This document shows positions 47,801 to 58,788 of a stretch of DNA of 64,000 nt, piece by piece. The stretch lies in NCBI GenBank assembly GCA_027343785.1, contig DAHWKF010000022.1:993-64992 (forward strand), read 5' to 3'. Source of the DNA: Leptospirillum sp. GTDB taxonomy: Bacteria; Nitrospirota; Leptospirillia; Leptospirillales; Leptospirillaceae. The stretch's first letter is position 1. The number at the start of each line of letters is the position of its first letter. The notes beneath the pieces are model-generated. The model was not told the origin of the DNA. It did not search any database and saw only the letters and a list, made by a program, of their open reading frames with translations. Position numbers and translations under genes: made by a program.

Positions 47801-48405
47801 CAATCATCGGACTCACGGGGGGGATTGCTTCCGGAAAGTCCCATGTGGCCAGATTTTTTGAAGAAGCCGGGATCCCTGTCATCCATTCCGATCAACTGGC
47901 GAGAGAGGTGGTCCTTCCGGGTACGGCTACACTGGAACGGATCCGGCAGGCGTTTCCCGATGTTTTCCTTCGGGACGGCGTGCTGGACAGGAAGGCTCTT
48001 GGAAAGAAGATCTTCTCTTCCGAAACGGACCGGAAACTCCTGGAGTCTATTGTGCATCCTCCTATCCGTGAGCTGTTTCATGAAAAACTCCGTTTTTTGG
48101 AAGGCCAGGCCTCTACCGTGGTCTATGAGGTTCCGCTTCTGTTCGAGACAGGACTCGACAGGGAAATGGACCTGACGGTCGTCGTGGATGTCCCCGAAAC
48201 CATTCAGGTTGATCGGCTGGTGCGTCGGGACAGGATGACGGAGGAAGAGGCCAAAAAACGGATCGGTGTCCAGATGCCCCGCGAGGAAAGGCTCAAGAGG
48301 GCTCATATTGTCGTTCCCGGAGACCTTAATGACAGTGAGTTGCGCCATTGGATTCGACGGATAACGGAAATGGCCCGGAAGGAGGATCCCGGTTTTTTGA
48401 AGTGA
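47797..48405 (+). CDS. coaE: Dephospho-CoA kinase
   Basis: IGLTGGIASGKS, LESIVHP, EVPLLFE. Confidence 0.95.
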   Translation: MTIIGLTGGIASGKSHVARFFEEAGIPVIHSDQLAREVVLPGTATLERIRQAFPDVFLRDGVLDRKALGKKIFSSETDRKLLESIVHPPIRELFHEKLRFLEGQASTVVYEVPLLFETGLDREMDLTVVVDVPETIQVDRLVRRDRMTEEEAKKRIGVQMPREERLKRAHIVVPGDLNDSELRHWIRRITEMARKEDPGFLK

Positions 48406-48435
48406 CAACAATCAAACCAAGGAAAGGAGAGATGC

Positions 48436-49335
48436 ATGAGTGCAGACGTCCGCAAGGCCCTTTTCCCTCTGGCAGGTCACGGAACCCGATTCCTGCCCAT
48501 GACGAAGGCGTCTCCGAAAGAGATGTTGCCCTTGGTGGACAAGCCGGTTGTCCAGTATGTGGTGGAAGAAGCCGTGTCCTCCGGCATCAATGAAATTGTC
48601 ATGATTACCGGCCGGGGAAAAAGGGCCATCGAAGATCATTTTGACATTTCTTACGAACTGGAGGATGTCCTTCGCCAGAAGGGAAAGCTGGCCCTTCTGG
48701 AGGAAATCCGAAAGATTTCTTCCCTGGCCGAAATCGTTTACATGCGGCAAAAAGAGTCAAAGGGGTTGGGACATGCCGTTCTGTGCGGCCGACTTCTGAT
48801 CGGAGACGAGCCATTTGCCGTTGCCCTGGGGGACGAGGTTGTCGACGGACCCGCCCCGGCCCTGCTCCAGCTGGTAGAGGTGTTCAGAAAAGTCAAGGGA
48901 CCTGTGATAGGGGTCCAGAAAGTTCCGAAGACGGATGTCTCCTCCTACGGTATCGTTGCGGGGAATGTGATCGGAGAGGGTCTCATCAGGATTGATTCGC
49001 TTGTGGAAAAGCCGTCGCCCGCCGAAGCTCCCTCCAACCTTGCGATCATTGGACGTTATATCCTGACCCCGGATATATTTGATATTCTCGAAGTCCAGGA
49101 TCCAGGTGTCGGTGGCGAGATCCAGCTGACGGACGCCCTCAGGATCCTGGCGTCGCGAAGGCCTGTATATGCCTGCGAAACTCAGGGAAACCGTTACGAC
49201 ACAGGAGACAAGCTGGGATTCTTGAAGGCGACCGTCCAGTTTGGTCTGAAGAGTCCTGATATGGGCAAGCTGTTCCGGCATTATCTCGAAAACATCTTCC
49301 AAAAAGGTGATGCGATGGAGGCGGGGAAAGAATGA
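48436..49335 (+). CDS. galU: UTP-glucose-1-phosphate uridylyltransferase
   Basis: [32 protein letters not shown]. Confidence 0.96.
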   Translation: MSADVRKALFPLAGHGTRFLPMTKASPKEMLPLVDKPVVQYVVEEAVSSGINEIVMITGRGKRAIEDHFDISYELEDVLRQKGKLALLEEIRKISSLAEIVYMRQKESKGLGHAVLCGRLLIGDEPFAVALGDEVVDGPAPALLQLVEVFRKVKGPVIGVQKVPKTDVSSYGIVAGNVIGEGLIRIDSLVEKPSPAEAPSNLAIIGRYILTPDIFDILEVQDPGVGGEIQLTDALRILASRRPVYACETQGNRYDTGDKLGFLKATVQFGLKSPDMGKLFRHYLENIFQKGDAMEAGKE

Positions 49336-51782
49336 GGCGTTCCTTTTTTGGGCAGCTCGACGAGGAGGAGGAAAGGAATCCGGATCCCGAACGCATTTTC
49401 TGGGCGCTGGATGAACCTCCCCAGAAAGATTCGGGCGGACCGCCTGAAACCCTTCCGGAGACATTGCCATGCATCAGTTCCCGGGATATGGTGGTATTCC
49501 CCAATATGGTGGTCCCGATTGTTGTGGCAAAACCCCGGTCGATTTTGGCTCTGGAGGCCACCATCGAGGAGAGCCGCCTTCTTTTTGTCTCGTCCGCGAG
49601 AAATCCGGAAGAGGATGACGGAAAAGCCGAGCCGGTTAATCCGGTCGGAACGGTTTGCGCGATCGCCAAGAACTTTCGGGGAATAGACGGTCGGGCGCGG
49701 GTCCTTTTGCATGGCCTGTTCCGTGGGAAGATCAGTCGCTGGGTTTCCCGGGATCCTTACGACCTTGTACGCTATATCCCCTGGCCGGACAATCCTCCGT
49801 CCCGGACCATCCGGGTTGAAGCCCTTGTCCGGCAGGTCATGGAACAGACAGAACACCTGTTCCGACTGAATCCCCTTCTTTCTCCGGATTTGTTGTCCGT
49901 GATCCGTTCGATCGAGGATCCCGGTACCCTGGCCTATCTCGTTGTGGCGAATCTGGGCCTCAAGACATCTGACCTCCAGAAAATCTATGAAAACCGTTTT
50001 CCCGCACGGCGGCTCTCCCGGGTTCTGTATTTTCTGAACCGGGAAATCTCCCTTCTGGATGCCAAGCGCAAAATCCAGATGGATGCCAAGGGGGAAATCG
50101 ACCGATCCCAAAGGGAGTATTTTCTGCGTGAGCAGCTCAAGGCGATCCAGAAAGAGCTGGGAGAATCTCCTGAAGAAAATGATGAAATGGTCCTTTTGTC
50201 CGAAAAAATCGAAACATCGGAGCTTTCCATGGCTGCGCTGGAAGAAGCCAGGAGGCAACTGGGAAAGTTGTCGCGGTTGCATCCCGAGTCTTCCGAATCG
50301 GGGGTAGTCCGGTCCTATCTCGAATGGATCACGGAACTGCCCTGGAAAAAGCCGCAACCCCGAAAAATCGATATTGCCCGGGCGAAAAAAATCCTGGACA
50401 AGGAACATCTCGGCCTTCGGAAGGTCAAGGAGCGGCTCCTGGAATATCTTGCGGTGCGCATTCTGAATCCTGAGGGGAAGCCGCCGATCCTCTGTTTTGT
50501 GGGGCCTCCCGGCGTTGGAAAGACATCGCTGGGAGAGTCGGTGGCGAAAGCCCTGGGGCGCCCATTTGTCCGCCTTTCTCTTGGGGGAATCCGGGATGAG
50601 GCTGAAATTCGGGGTCATCGCAGGACGTATGTCGGTTCTCTTCCGGGACGGGTTCTCCAGGGAATGCGCCAGGCCGGTGTGACCGATCCGGTTTTCATGC
50701 TGGACGAACTGGACAAGATGGGGACAGACTTCCGGGGAGATCCGTACAGCGCCCTCCTGGAAGTGCTGGATCCCCGACAGAACAAAAACTTCAGCGACCA
50801 TTATCTGAATCTTCCTTACGACCTTTCCCATGTTCTTTTTCTGGCGACGGCGAATGTGCTGGACACTCTTCCCCCTCCGCTCCTGGACCGTCTCGAGGTC
50901 ATCGACATTCCCGGGTATACCGAGGAAGAGAAGAAAGGGATTGCACGGGAGCACCTTTGGCCCCGTCAAAGGAAGGAAAATGGGATTTCGTCCCGCCAGG
51001 CCGAATTAACCGACGCCGCGCTGGAGCGCCTGATCCGGGAGTACACCCGGGAATCCGGAGTCCGTTCCCTCGAACGGCAGCTGGGGAGCCTTTGCCGCAA
51101 GGTCGCGGTGGGGATTCTGGATGGCGGGAAGAAGGTGTTCCGGATTCGTCCGGAACACCTGGAAGGGTGGTTGGGGCAGCCTCCCTTCCGGGAAACTCCC
51201 GAAGAAGGCAAACCCCTGGTCGGGGTTGTCCGGGGGCTGGCGTGGACCCCGACGGGGGGAGATCTCCTGTTTGTCGAAGCCACTTTGCTGAAAGGTCGGG
51301 GAAATCTCACGATCACGGGCAAGCTGGGGGAGGTGATGCAGGAATCGGCCCAGGCCGCGCTGACATACGTCCGGTCCCACGGAGAGTCGACCGGCATTCC
51401 GGTGGATTTCTGGTCGCGCAAGGACATCCACCTCCATGTTCCTGAAGGGGCGATTCCGAAGGACGGACCTTCCGCCGGAATCACCATGGCCGTTGCGATG
51501 GCATCCGCCGCGACGAATCGTCCTGTTCGGGGGGATATCGCCATGACGGGAGAAATTACCCTTCGTGGAAGGATACTGCCGATCGGCGGGCTGAAAGAAA
51601 AGCTGCTGGCGGCGCGGAGGTTCTCCCTGAAAGAGGTATTGATTCCGGAAGATAACGAACGGGATCTGTCCGACATTCCGGCAGAGGTCAAAAACGCTCT
51701 CCTGATCACCCCCGTCAAAAAGATGGAACAAGTTTTCGACCGGGTTTTCATCGACAGGGTTTCCACAGAAGATGGAGTCTGA
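49332..51782 (+). CDS. lon: Lon protease
   Basis: [26 protein letters not shown]. Confidence 0.97.
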   Translation: MRRSFFGQLDEEEERNPDPERIFWALDEPPQKDSGGPPETLPETLPCISSRDMVVFPNMVVPIVVAKPRSILALEATIEESRLLFVSSARNPEEDDGKAEPVNPVGTVCAIAKNFRGIDGRARVLLHGLFRGKISRWVSRDPYDLVRYIPWPDNPPSRTIRVEALVRQVMEQTEHLFRLNPLLSPDLLSVIRSIEDPGTLAYLVVANLGLKTSDLQKIYENRFPARRLSRVLYFLNREISLLDAKRKIQMDAKGEIDRSQREYFLREQLKAIQKELGESPEENDEMVLLSEKIETSELSMAALEEARRQLGKLSRLHPESSESGVVRSYLEWITELPWKKPQPRKIDIARAKKILDKEHLGLRKVKERLLEYLAVRILNPEGKPPILCFVGPPGVGKTSLGESVAKALGRPFVRLSLGGIRDEAEIRGHRRTYVGSLPGRVLQGMRQAGVTDPVFMLDELDKMGTDFRGDPYSALLEVLDPRQNKNFSDHYLNLPYDLSHVLFLATANVLDTLPPPLLDRLEVIDIPGYTEEEKKGIAREHLWPRQRKENGISSRQAELTDAALERLIREYTRESGVRSLERQLGSLCRKVAVGILDGGKKVFRIRPEHLEGWLGQPPFRETPEEGKPLVGVVRGLAWTPTGGDLLFVEATLLKGRGNLTITGKLGEVMQESAQAALTYVRSHGESTGIPVDFWSRKDIHLHVPEGAIPKDGPSAGITMAVAMASAATNRPVRGDIAMTGEITLRGRILPIGGLKEKLLAARRFSLKEVLIPEDNERDLSDIPAEVKNALLITPVKKMEQVFDRVFIDRVSTEDGV

Positions 51783-52776
51783 CTGGGTCCGGGCGTTTGC
51801 GGCCCGACTGGGTCCCGTTCCTCCCCATGTTCTCCGGGGGATCGGAGACGATGTCGCCTGCCTGTCGTCCCCGGGGCCGCTCAATCTGCTCTGGACGACA
51901 GACAGCCAACGGGAAGGCATCCATTTCCGCTGGGAATGGATGACGCCGGAAGAGGTGGGTTATCGGCTTCTGGCGGTCAACCTGAGCGACGTTTTCGCAA
52001 AGGGGGGAACCCCCTTTGCTGCGCTCGTGGCCCTGGGTGTTCCGCCACATTTTCCGGAAGAGTCACTCTTTGCTTTTTATGATGGGATGGGAGAAGCCAG
52101 CCGCCATTTTTTCTGCCCGGTGGTCGGGGGAGACATCTCCCGTTCTGCTGGCGGTTTTGATGCCGTCATGTCCCTTTTGGCCACTTCGGTGTCGGGCCGG
52201 TTTCCGGGGAGAGACCAGCTTGAGCCCGGAGACACGCTTTATCTTCTTGGCCATCCGGGGATGGCGAGGGCGGGTTATATGGCCCTCAAGTCAGGACAAG
52301 CAGACAAAAGTGACCTGCAGGAATGCGTTTCCGTTTTCAAAAGGCCCGGACCCTTCCCCTGGCTTGCCGATCTGATCTCTTCCGAAACGGCCATCATTGC
52401 CACCATGGATACTTCCGACGGGCTGGGGCAGGCTGTCTTTGCCCTGGCCGACCAGTCAGGCGTTTCCGTCTGTCTGGACCCGCCAGACGGATGGCTGGAA
52501 CATCTTCGGGTCCCCTCCGAAATCTTGGGCACCGACCCATTCCGGATGGCCTGGGAGGGGGGGGAGGACTACGATGTTCTCTTGGGGATCCGCTCTTCTC
52601 CGGATGAAACGGTAACGGGAAAAATAGAGGAAAAAATCCGGGAAGGCCGGGACCGGTTGATCCGCCTGGGAAAGGTGGTCGACCAAAAATCCCCTGACGG
52701 TGGGGCGGCTGTCACAATCATCGGAAAAGACGGGAGAGGGAGAACGTTGGAAAGGACCGGATTTGACCATACTTGA
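51772..52776 (+). CDS. thiL: Thiamine-monophosphate kinase
   Basis: [30 protein letters not shown]. Confidence 0.92.
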   Translation: MESDWVRAFAARLGPVPPHVLRGIGDDVACLSSPGPLNLLWTTDSQREGIHFRWEWMTPEEVGYRLLAVNLSDVFAKGGTPFAALVALGVPPHFPEESLFAFYDGMGEASRHFFCPVVGGDISRSAGGFDAVMSLLATSVSGRFPGRDQLEPGDTLYLLGHPGMARAGYMALKSGQADKSDLQECVSVFKRPGPFPWLADLISSETAIIATMDTSDGLGQAVFALADQSGVSVCLDPPDGWLEHLRVPSEILGTDPFRMAWEGGEDYDVLLGIRSSPDETVTGKIEEKIREGRDRLIRLGKVVDQKSPDGGAAVTIIGKDGRGRTLERTGFDHT

Positions 52777-53248
52777 TCAACGTTTCAATGCCTGGAAAGA
52801 GAAATTCCGGGAACTGGTCATGAAGGACCCCGATCCCCGGAAGGTCTCCGCTGCAATCGCCATCGGATTTTCCGCCGCTTTCCTGCCCCCATTCGGATTT
52901 CACACAATTCTTGTGATGGGGCTCGGTTACCTGTTGCAGGTTTCGGTTCCGCTGGCGGTTCTGGGGACTTGGATCAACAACCCCTGGACGTTTGTTCCGG
53001 TCTTTCTCCCGTCCTATGTCCTGGAAATCAACCTGGGCGCCCATCTCCTTCATAAAAAACTGAATATCCCTTCCCTGGGGGCGCTCTCCAAAATGCCCTA
53101 CAAGTCCGTCATCGCCCAGGTCAAGCTGGTTCTCTGGCCATTCATTGTCGGAAGCGTTGTCTTGTCATGCGCCGTATTTGTCATTTCTTTCGCTTTGGTT
53201 TATGGATTTTTGAAATACCGGAAAGGCTTCCCCCCCTTGCCACTCTGA
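52763..53248 (+). CDS. DUF2062-like membrane protein
   Basis: PRKVSAAIAIG, GTWINNPWT. Confidence 0.75.
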   Translation: MTILDQRFNAWKEKFRELVMKDPDPRKVSAAIAIGFSAAFLPPFGFHTILVMGLGYLLQVSVPLAVLGTWINNPWTFVPVFLPSYVLEINLGAHLLHKKLNIPSLGALSKMPYKSVIAQVKLVLWPFIVGSVVLSCAVFVISFALVYGFLKYRKGFPPLPL

Positions 53249-53876
53249 TCCGGACGGCCCTGTCCCTGGCGTAGCAGAGGGGACGGGGTTTCCTGCATTC
53301 GGGGAAACCAGCCGAAGGTCTTTTTCCTTCGGAAAAAACCCGGATCCTCCGGGCCGGAATCCCCGCCCTCACGAGTATTTTTTTTGCCGCAAGCGCTCTT
53401 TTAAACCCCAGCGCCCTGTTGTATTTCTTCCCGCCGACCGGATCCGTATGACCATAAAGAATGATGGTGAGGCCGGGATTTTTTCTGAGCAGACGGGCGT
53501 AGGCAAGGAGCACCGAGCGGTTGGCGTACGAGACCCTGTGTGAATTAAAGGCGAAAAAAATATCTTTTTGGAGCGGTAAATGTTTCTTTTGACGAACAGG
53601 ATGGGGAGGGGGTGGTGGTGGAGCCGGGGTTGGCCGGACTGCGGATGGGGGTGATGTTGTGGAATAGATCCGGAGGGGTTCTGTTTTTTTATTTTCAGCA
53701 TGAAACATTCGGGAATGCCCGCTCACAGAGATTCCCGGAAGGAGATCGTTGTCGTCGGGACCCGGAGCCAACGATTTCGGGGACGTCTGGTGGGCGCAGG
53801 CCGAAAGCACCGTTAAAAAAAGGGCCGGACAGGCGGTCCGGTAAAATAGTTTCCGGAGGAAATCAGTATTCGGCAT
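53181..53876 (-). CDS. OmpA-domain lipoprotein
   Basis: LSAC lipobox, Pro-rich linker, GHTD..G...YNRALG..RA. Confidence 0.85.
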   Translation of the reverse strand: MPNTDFLRKLFYRTACPALFLTVLSACAHQTSPKSLAPGPDDNDLLPGISVSGHSRMFHAENKKTEPLRIYSTTSPPSAVRPTPAPPPPPPHPVRQKKHLPLQKDIFFAFNSHRVSYANRSVLLAYARLLRKNPGLTIILYGHTDPVGGKKYNRALGFKRALAAKKILVRAGIPARRIRVFSEGKRPSAGFPECRKPRPLCYARDRAVRIRVARGGSLSGISKIHKPKRKK

Positions 53877-54073
53877 AGGGTTTCCTTTGGTGTTTGAGGT
53901 GATTGAAGGTGGCCTATCTTAAAATCTTGATGGATTGATTGCAAGGAAAACGCTGATGATCATCAAAAAAGGGGGCATGAATGCCTGAGGGGGCGTCAAT
54001 AAACGGAACGTTCCAGATGTCGACGACTCTGCGGGACAATGATCTTGCCAGGCGATCGCGGGAGAGGGAGGTG

Positions 54074-54096
54074 AAAAAGGGGGCCGAAGCCCCCTT
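54074..54096 (-). terminator. Rho-independent terminator
   Basis: Minus strand GGGGGC-TTCG-GCCCCC-TTTTT. Confidence 0.85.
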
Positions 54097-54120
54097 CTAG
54101 GACAAAAAGATAAGAACAGA

Positions 54121-54663
54121 TTACATGGTGATTTTCATGAAGTGGGCAATACGGTTTTTCTGCCAGCACTGTTCGTTATGGTCTGAACACAGGTCATAAC
54201 CCGGAACGGATCTCTTGCCGTAGGAAACAATCTTGATGCGATTCTTCTTGATGCCCAGGTTGACCAGATACATCATGGCAGCCTTGGCTCTTTTCTGACC
54301 GAGAACGATATTGTATGTGTCTGTTCCGCGTTCGTCCGCATGGCCGGCAATCACGACATGAACAGTCGGATTGGCGTTCAGGATAGCCGCGTCTTTCTTG
54401 AGGATGCGACGATCTTCGCTGGTCAGGACGGATTTGTCGAAGCCGTAGGTGATATCTTTCGAAAGGGTGGATTCGACGTCAGACTGCGTGGAAGAAGCGT
54501 TGCTGGTTTCTGCCGGAGCCGGAGCCGGTGCCGGAGCCGGTGCCGCTTCGGTTGTGGTCGACTGGGTACCGGTTCCGGCACCATTTGTTGAAGCGCAGCC
54601 TCCGGTCACAAGTAATCCTGCGAAGAGGATGGAGAAGCCCATGAGTGTTTTGTTGAAGCGCAT
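54121..54663 (-). CDS. Pal/OmpA-family peptidoglycan-associated lipoprotein
   Basis: GGC lipobox, (AP)n linker, GHADERGTDTYNIVLGQKRA, VSYGK. Confidence 0.88.
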   Translation of the reverse strand: MRFNKTLMGFSILFAGLLVTGGCASTNGAGTGTQSTTTEAAPAPAPAPAPAETSNASSTQSDVESTLSKDITYGFDKSVLTSEDRRILKKDAAILNANPTVHVVIAGHADERGTDTYNIVLGQKRAKAAMMYLVNLGIKKNRIKIVSYGKRSVPGYDLCSDHNEQCWQKNRIAHFMKITM

Positions 54664-54789
54664 TGATAACTCCTTGGAAAGTTGAATTGTCAGATTCTCC
54701 GGATTTGTTCCGGAGATATCATCCGGTTTTTGTTTGTTTTTCTGAAAAACAACCCTGTTTGAGGGTTTTCCGGAGAATCAGCCTCCGGC

Positions 54790-55257
54790 CTAGCGGATCC
54801 AGACACTGGTGACGACCAGGGAGCCCATGGACCGCTTGTAGTTGACGACAACCTTATCCCCGCTTCTGATCGCGGAGGCCTTGACGTGCTTGTGTCCCTT
54901 CATGATGACCGTGCGGGACGTGAGATCTCCCCCAAAGACGATATTCCCTTTTTTCTTGCCCAGGCCACGGGAGACGACGATAGTGGCCGGAGAAGCTGAC
55001 AGATCGGTCGCCACAACCCTGCCGGCAAAGGAGGGGCCTGTGTAGGAAGCTTTCTTCATGTGCTTCTTGACGGCCGGTTTCTTCTTGGCCATGGCTTTTT
55101 TGGCCGGAGCCGGCTTGGAGGCCGGAGCCGGGGCGGTTGCCGGCGCGGCATTGTCGGCTATCACGACCTTCGGTGAGGCCAGAAGCGCAACGGTTCCTGC
55201 GATGGCCAATGCCGACCATGCCAGGCGCGAAATGGGACGTGAAAGGTTAAGGGACAT
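54790..55257 (-). CDS. Secreted Lys/Ala-rich hypothetical protein
   Basis: AGGAGG RBS, signal peptide, basic low-complexity segment, small beta-rich C-terminal domain. Confidence 0.75.
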   Translation of the reverse strand: MSLNLSRPISRLAWSALAIAGTVALLASPKVVIADNAAPATAPAPASKPAPAKKAMAKKKPAVKKHMKKASYTGPSFAGRVVATDLSASPATIVVSRGLGKKKGNIVFGGDLTSRTVIMKGHKHVKASAIRSGDKVVVNYKRSMGSLVVTSVWIR

Positions 55258-56067
55258 GAATGTTCCTCCTGATGGGGGCATTGCCCGATGGTGAAAGTGA
55301 GTGCCCGGGATTTTGGTGGTGTTTAGAAACGCCGGCCGGAAGGCATCGGAAGGTCTTGCCTCCGAAACGGTCGTCTTTTGTCAGGTTCCCTAGGCTATTG
55401 ACCTGCAAAAAACCGTATTTTTCTGGAGAGCGTTTTCCTGGACCAGGACAGAAGCCGGATAAGGTGAACCCGGCAGACACAAATGAAAAGAGGGATTCCT
55501 GGCGGAAAAAGGAAGTCCTGGCGGATGGACAGCCTGTGGGAGGCCCACCGGATGGAGTTGCTTCTCGTCGGTACACAACCCTGTATTGTGTGTGACAGAT
55601 ATGTTCCTGCCGCAACACTTTTTCGGGAAAAGGAGACAGTGGGGAGTCTTTCATTCTCTTTTTTGTGACGGGAATATTGACAACCCCGCCTTTTTTAGCG
55701 TCAGCCCCTTTTGTGTCCGGGTTATTAGCCATAACCACGCCCGAGTAGCATTTGCATGCTACTGCAAAATTTCAATAAATGCAATTTTGGCAAATGCATT
55801 CTAAGATAAGGGATCCATGAATGCAACAGGAATGTCAATGAGTTGAAAGACGTTCATGTGACGGCGCAATCTCCAGAAGAATAGTGTCCGGCCCAATCCG
55901 TGATAGGATGTTCATGAATCGATTTTCCCGGCGGGTGGAGTGAATCCGCTGGAATCCGCGAAATAAAAACAGTTGTTTTTAGCGATGTCCGGGCAGAAGA
56001 TGATGTTCATTTTGTGATCGGGCGCACAGAAGTTAATTCAGATTTTTTACGGAACCCGGGAGGTGAG

Positions 56068-58287
56068 GTGAGCAAGGAAAAGGCGGAAAACCAGGATCTT
56101 TCTCCGGAAGAAAGAATTCTGGTCTTCTTGCGCGAGGAAACCCAGAAACCTGTCAGGAGCGACCGCCTCGTCGAAGCAGTCGTCAGGCGGAAGAAAGAAA
56201 GAAACGACTTCGTACGGGCACTGGATCATCTGGTTTCCGAAAAACGTGTCATTCAGCTGAAGGGTGGCTACCTCGCGTTACCGGAAAGGCTCCATTTCCG
56301 GAACGGAACGTTCTTGTCGCATCCCGACGGATACGGATTTGTCGTGACTGAAGGTCAGCCGGAAGATTTGTATGTGCCTCCGGGGGCGACGGCGGGGGCG
56401 ATGCACCAGGACAAAGTCCTGGCGATCATGACGGGGACGGATCACAGAGGACGGCAGGAAGGTCAGGTCGCCGAAATCACAGACCGCGCAAGGTCTTCCG
56501 TCGTGGGAATCTTCCGAAAGTTCGACGGAGGATATTCGCTCTCCCCCCGGGATCCCCGTATATCGCAGGAATTTCTTGTTGTCGGAGAGATTCCGGAGGA
56601 CTTGAAAGATGGAGGATTGGCTGTTCTCGACATCCTTCGCTATCCGGAGCCGGGTCATATCCCGGAAGGAAAAATCTCCAGGTCTCTGGGCGATCCGACC
56701 GACCCTTCCATCGACTCCGACCTTGTCATTGCCACACATCATCTTTCAACGGAATTTCCTTCCTCTGTCGAGGAAGAGGCTCACAGGATGGCGCGTCAGG
56801 TCAAGATCGCTCCGGGTCCAGACAGGGAGGACCTTCGGCATCTGGATATCCTGACGATCGACGGGGACAGGGCCCGCGATTTCGATGACGCCCTTTCGCT
56901 CGAATCAATGCCGGACGGAACGATGTCGATCGGTGTCCATATCGCCGACGTGGCCGCTTACGTCCTTCCGGGTTCCCTCCTGGACAAGGAGGCTTTCCGG
57001 CGGGGAACGAGTGTCTATTTCCCTGACCGGGTCATTCCGATGTTCCCTGAAGTCCTGTCGAATGGTGTGCTCTCGTTGAATCCGGAAGAAGACCGACTCG
57101 CACGGACAGTCCTGATACGGATGAATGCTGATGGGCAGATCCTGGAGAAGCGGATTTTCCGATCACTGATCCGGAGCCGCCTGAGAGCCACTTATTCCCG
57201 GGTTCATCCGATTCTCGCCGGAGAATTGCCGGATTATCCCGAAACCGCATTCGCACCGCTTCTCCGGTCGCTCTGGCGGGTCGCCGCAAGACTCCGGGAA
57301 AACCGGTTTCAAAACGGAAGCCTCGACTTCGACCTTCCAGAACCCGAAATCATTCTGGATTTGCGCGGAGAACCGGTCGACATTATCCGTTCACCACGCT
57401 ACCTATCCCATCAGCTGGTGGAGGAATTCATGCTTCTCGCCAACGCGATCGTCGCCGCGGAGTTGAGCAAGCGATTCCCCTCGGGAATCTATCGGGTCCA
57501 TGAAACGCCGACCCCGGAAAAGATCGAGTCTTTGGGGATTTTTCTGGGAGCCCTGGGGATCTCTCTCCCCAAACGAAAAGACGGCAAACTGTCAGCCAGG
57601 GATCTTTCGACTGTCCTGGAAACGACGCGCGGAACACCTCTGGAAAAGATGGTTCATTACTCGGTTCTGAGATCCCTCAAGCAGGCACGATATGATGTCC
57701 GGCCCTTGGGACACTTTGGGCTGGCGATGGACGATTATACGCATTTCACCTCTCCCATCCGTCGGTATCCTGACCTGATCGTCCATCGTCTCCTTGACCT
57801 GCCGGAGAGGAAGATGCCTTCCGATTGCGTGGCGTACCCGCTGGAGCAGGTGGCAAGCCAGTCGTCCGAAAAGGAAAGGGCCGCGGTTGACGCGGAGAGA
57901 ATGTCCGTCGACCTGAAAAAAATCCGGTTCATGTCCCAGCATATCGGAAAAAAGTTTTCCGGCACCATTACGGGAGTGACAGGGTTCGGATTTTTTGTCG
58001 AACTGGGGGAAGTGCTGGTGGAAGGCCTTGTTCCCGTCTCGGCCCTGCATGACGATTATTATGTGTATGACGAAAAACATCATCTGTTGCGGGGAGAATC
58101 GACTCGGAAAATTTACCGGATCGGGGACAGTGTCGAAATACTGGTGGTCAGGGTGGATACCGAACGTTTGCGGATCGAGTTTTCCCTCGACCGGGAGCCG
58201 GGCCCGGCCACCGGGGAGAAACGGCCACACAAAAGACGTGGAAGGAAAAATCGATCCCGCAAATCCGGTCAGTCAAAGGGGCGATGA
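56068..58287 (+). CDS. rnr: Ribonuclease R
   Basis: HPDGYGF, TIDGDRARDFDDA, HFTSPIRRYPDL, S1 domain, basic tail. Confidence 0.96.
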   Translation: MSKEKAENQDLSPEERILVFLREETQKPVRSDRLVEAVVRRKKERNDFVRALDHLVSEKRVIQLKGGYLALPERLHFRNGTFLSHPDGYGFVVTEGQPEDLYVPPGATAGAMHQDKVLAIMTGTDHRGRQEGQVAEITDRARSSVVGIFRKFDGGYSLSPRDPRISQEFLVVGEIPEDLKDGGLAVLDILRYPEPGHIPEGKISRSLGDPTDPSIDSDLVIATHHLSTEFPSSVEEEAHRMARQVKIAPGPDREDLRHLDILTIDGDRARDFDDALSLESMPDGTMSIGVHIADVAAYVLPGSLLDKEAFRRGTSVYFPDRVIPMFPEVLSNGVLSLNPEEDRLARTVLIRMNADGQILEKRIFRSLIRSRLRATYSRVHPILAGELPDYPETAFAPLLRSLWRVAARLRENRFQNGSLDFDLPEPEIILDLRGEPVDIIRSPRYLSHQLVEEFMLLANAIVAAELSKRFPSGIYRVHETPTPEKIESLGIFLGALGISLPKRKDGKLSARDLSTVLETTRGTPLEKMVHYSVLRSLKQARYDVRPLGHFGLAMDDYTHFTSPIRRYPDLIVHRLLDLPERKMPSDCVAYPLEQVASQSSEKERAAVDAERMSVDLKKIRFMSQHIGKKFSGTITGVTGFGFFVELGEVLVEGLVPVSALHDDYYVYDEKHHLLRGESTRKIYRIGDSVEILVVRVDTERLRIEFSLDREPGPATGEKRPHKRRGRKNRSRKSGQSKGR

Positions 58288-58290
58288 GGA

Positions 58291-58647
58291 TTACTTGGCG
58301 CCGCCGCCCGCCTTGTTGCTTTCGCTTGATGCCAGGGCGAAATCATCTGAGGCTTTCTTGTACTCCGAGGCCTCCTGGGAGGGGTTCCCCAGTTCTCCGT
58401 ATTCTTTGGCCGACTTGAGTCTGGTCAACCCTGCTTCCGCATATTTGTTCGCCGCAGAAAGATGGTTTAATATGACACCTTGTTCGTGCGCGTCTTTTTC
58501 GGTCTGCTTGGCCGAGGACCTGTAGCTTTGGGCGGCATTGAGATGGTTGCCCATCATGGCATTGGTTTCGGCACAACCTGTCATTCCGATGCCGACCAGC
58601 CCCAAAAGGACGAATTTGTAGATGTTTTTTCCCTTGATCAAAGACAT
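58291..58647 (-). CDS. Small helical lipoprotein
   Basis: AGGAGG RBS; MTGC lipobox; Ala-rich helices. Confidence 0.75.
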   Translation of the reverse strand: MSLIKGKNIYKFVLLGLVGIGMTGCAETNAMMGNHLNAAQSYRSSAKQTEKDAHEQGVILNHLSAANKYAEAGLTRLKSAKEYGELGNPSQEASEYKKASDDFALASSESNKAGGGAK

Positions 58648-58788
58648 TGGATCCTCCTTGAAGGACGCGAGACCGCTTTTGGTTCTCCTGGAACCTTTCG
58701 GGAACAAAGACCACCATTTAAACCGTGACCCGAGACCGAAGCACCGGGGTCATTTTGCCATAATGTCTTTATTCGAACAAGAGATTTC

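Noticed and set aside
54521..54546. 6-bp tandem repeat as a regulatory or contingency locus
   Set aside because: It encodes the ordinary Ala-Pro linker of the Pal-like protein.
55744..55763. Sigma54 promoter
   Set aside because: The -24 element reads TAGCA, lacking the invariant GG.
55290..55800. RNase P RNA, tmRNA, SRP RNA or c-di-GMP riboswitch
   Set aside because: Signature sequences not found on either strand.
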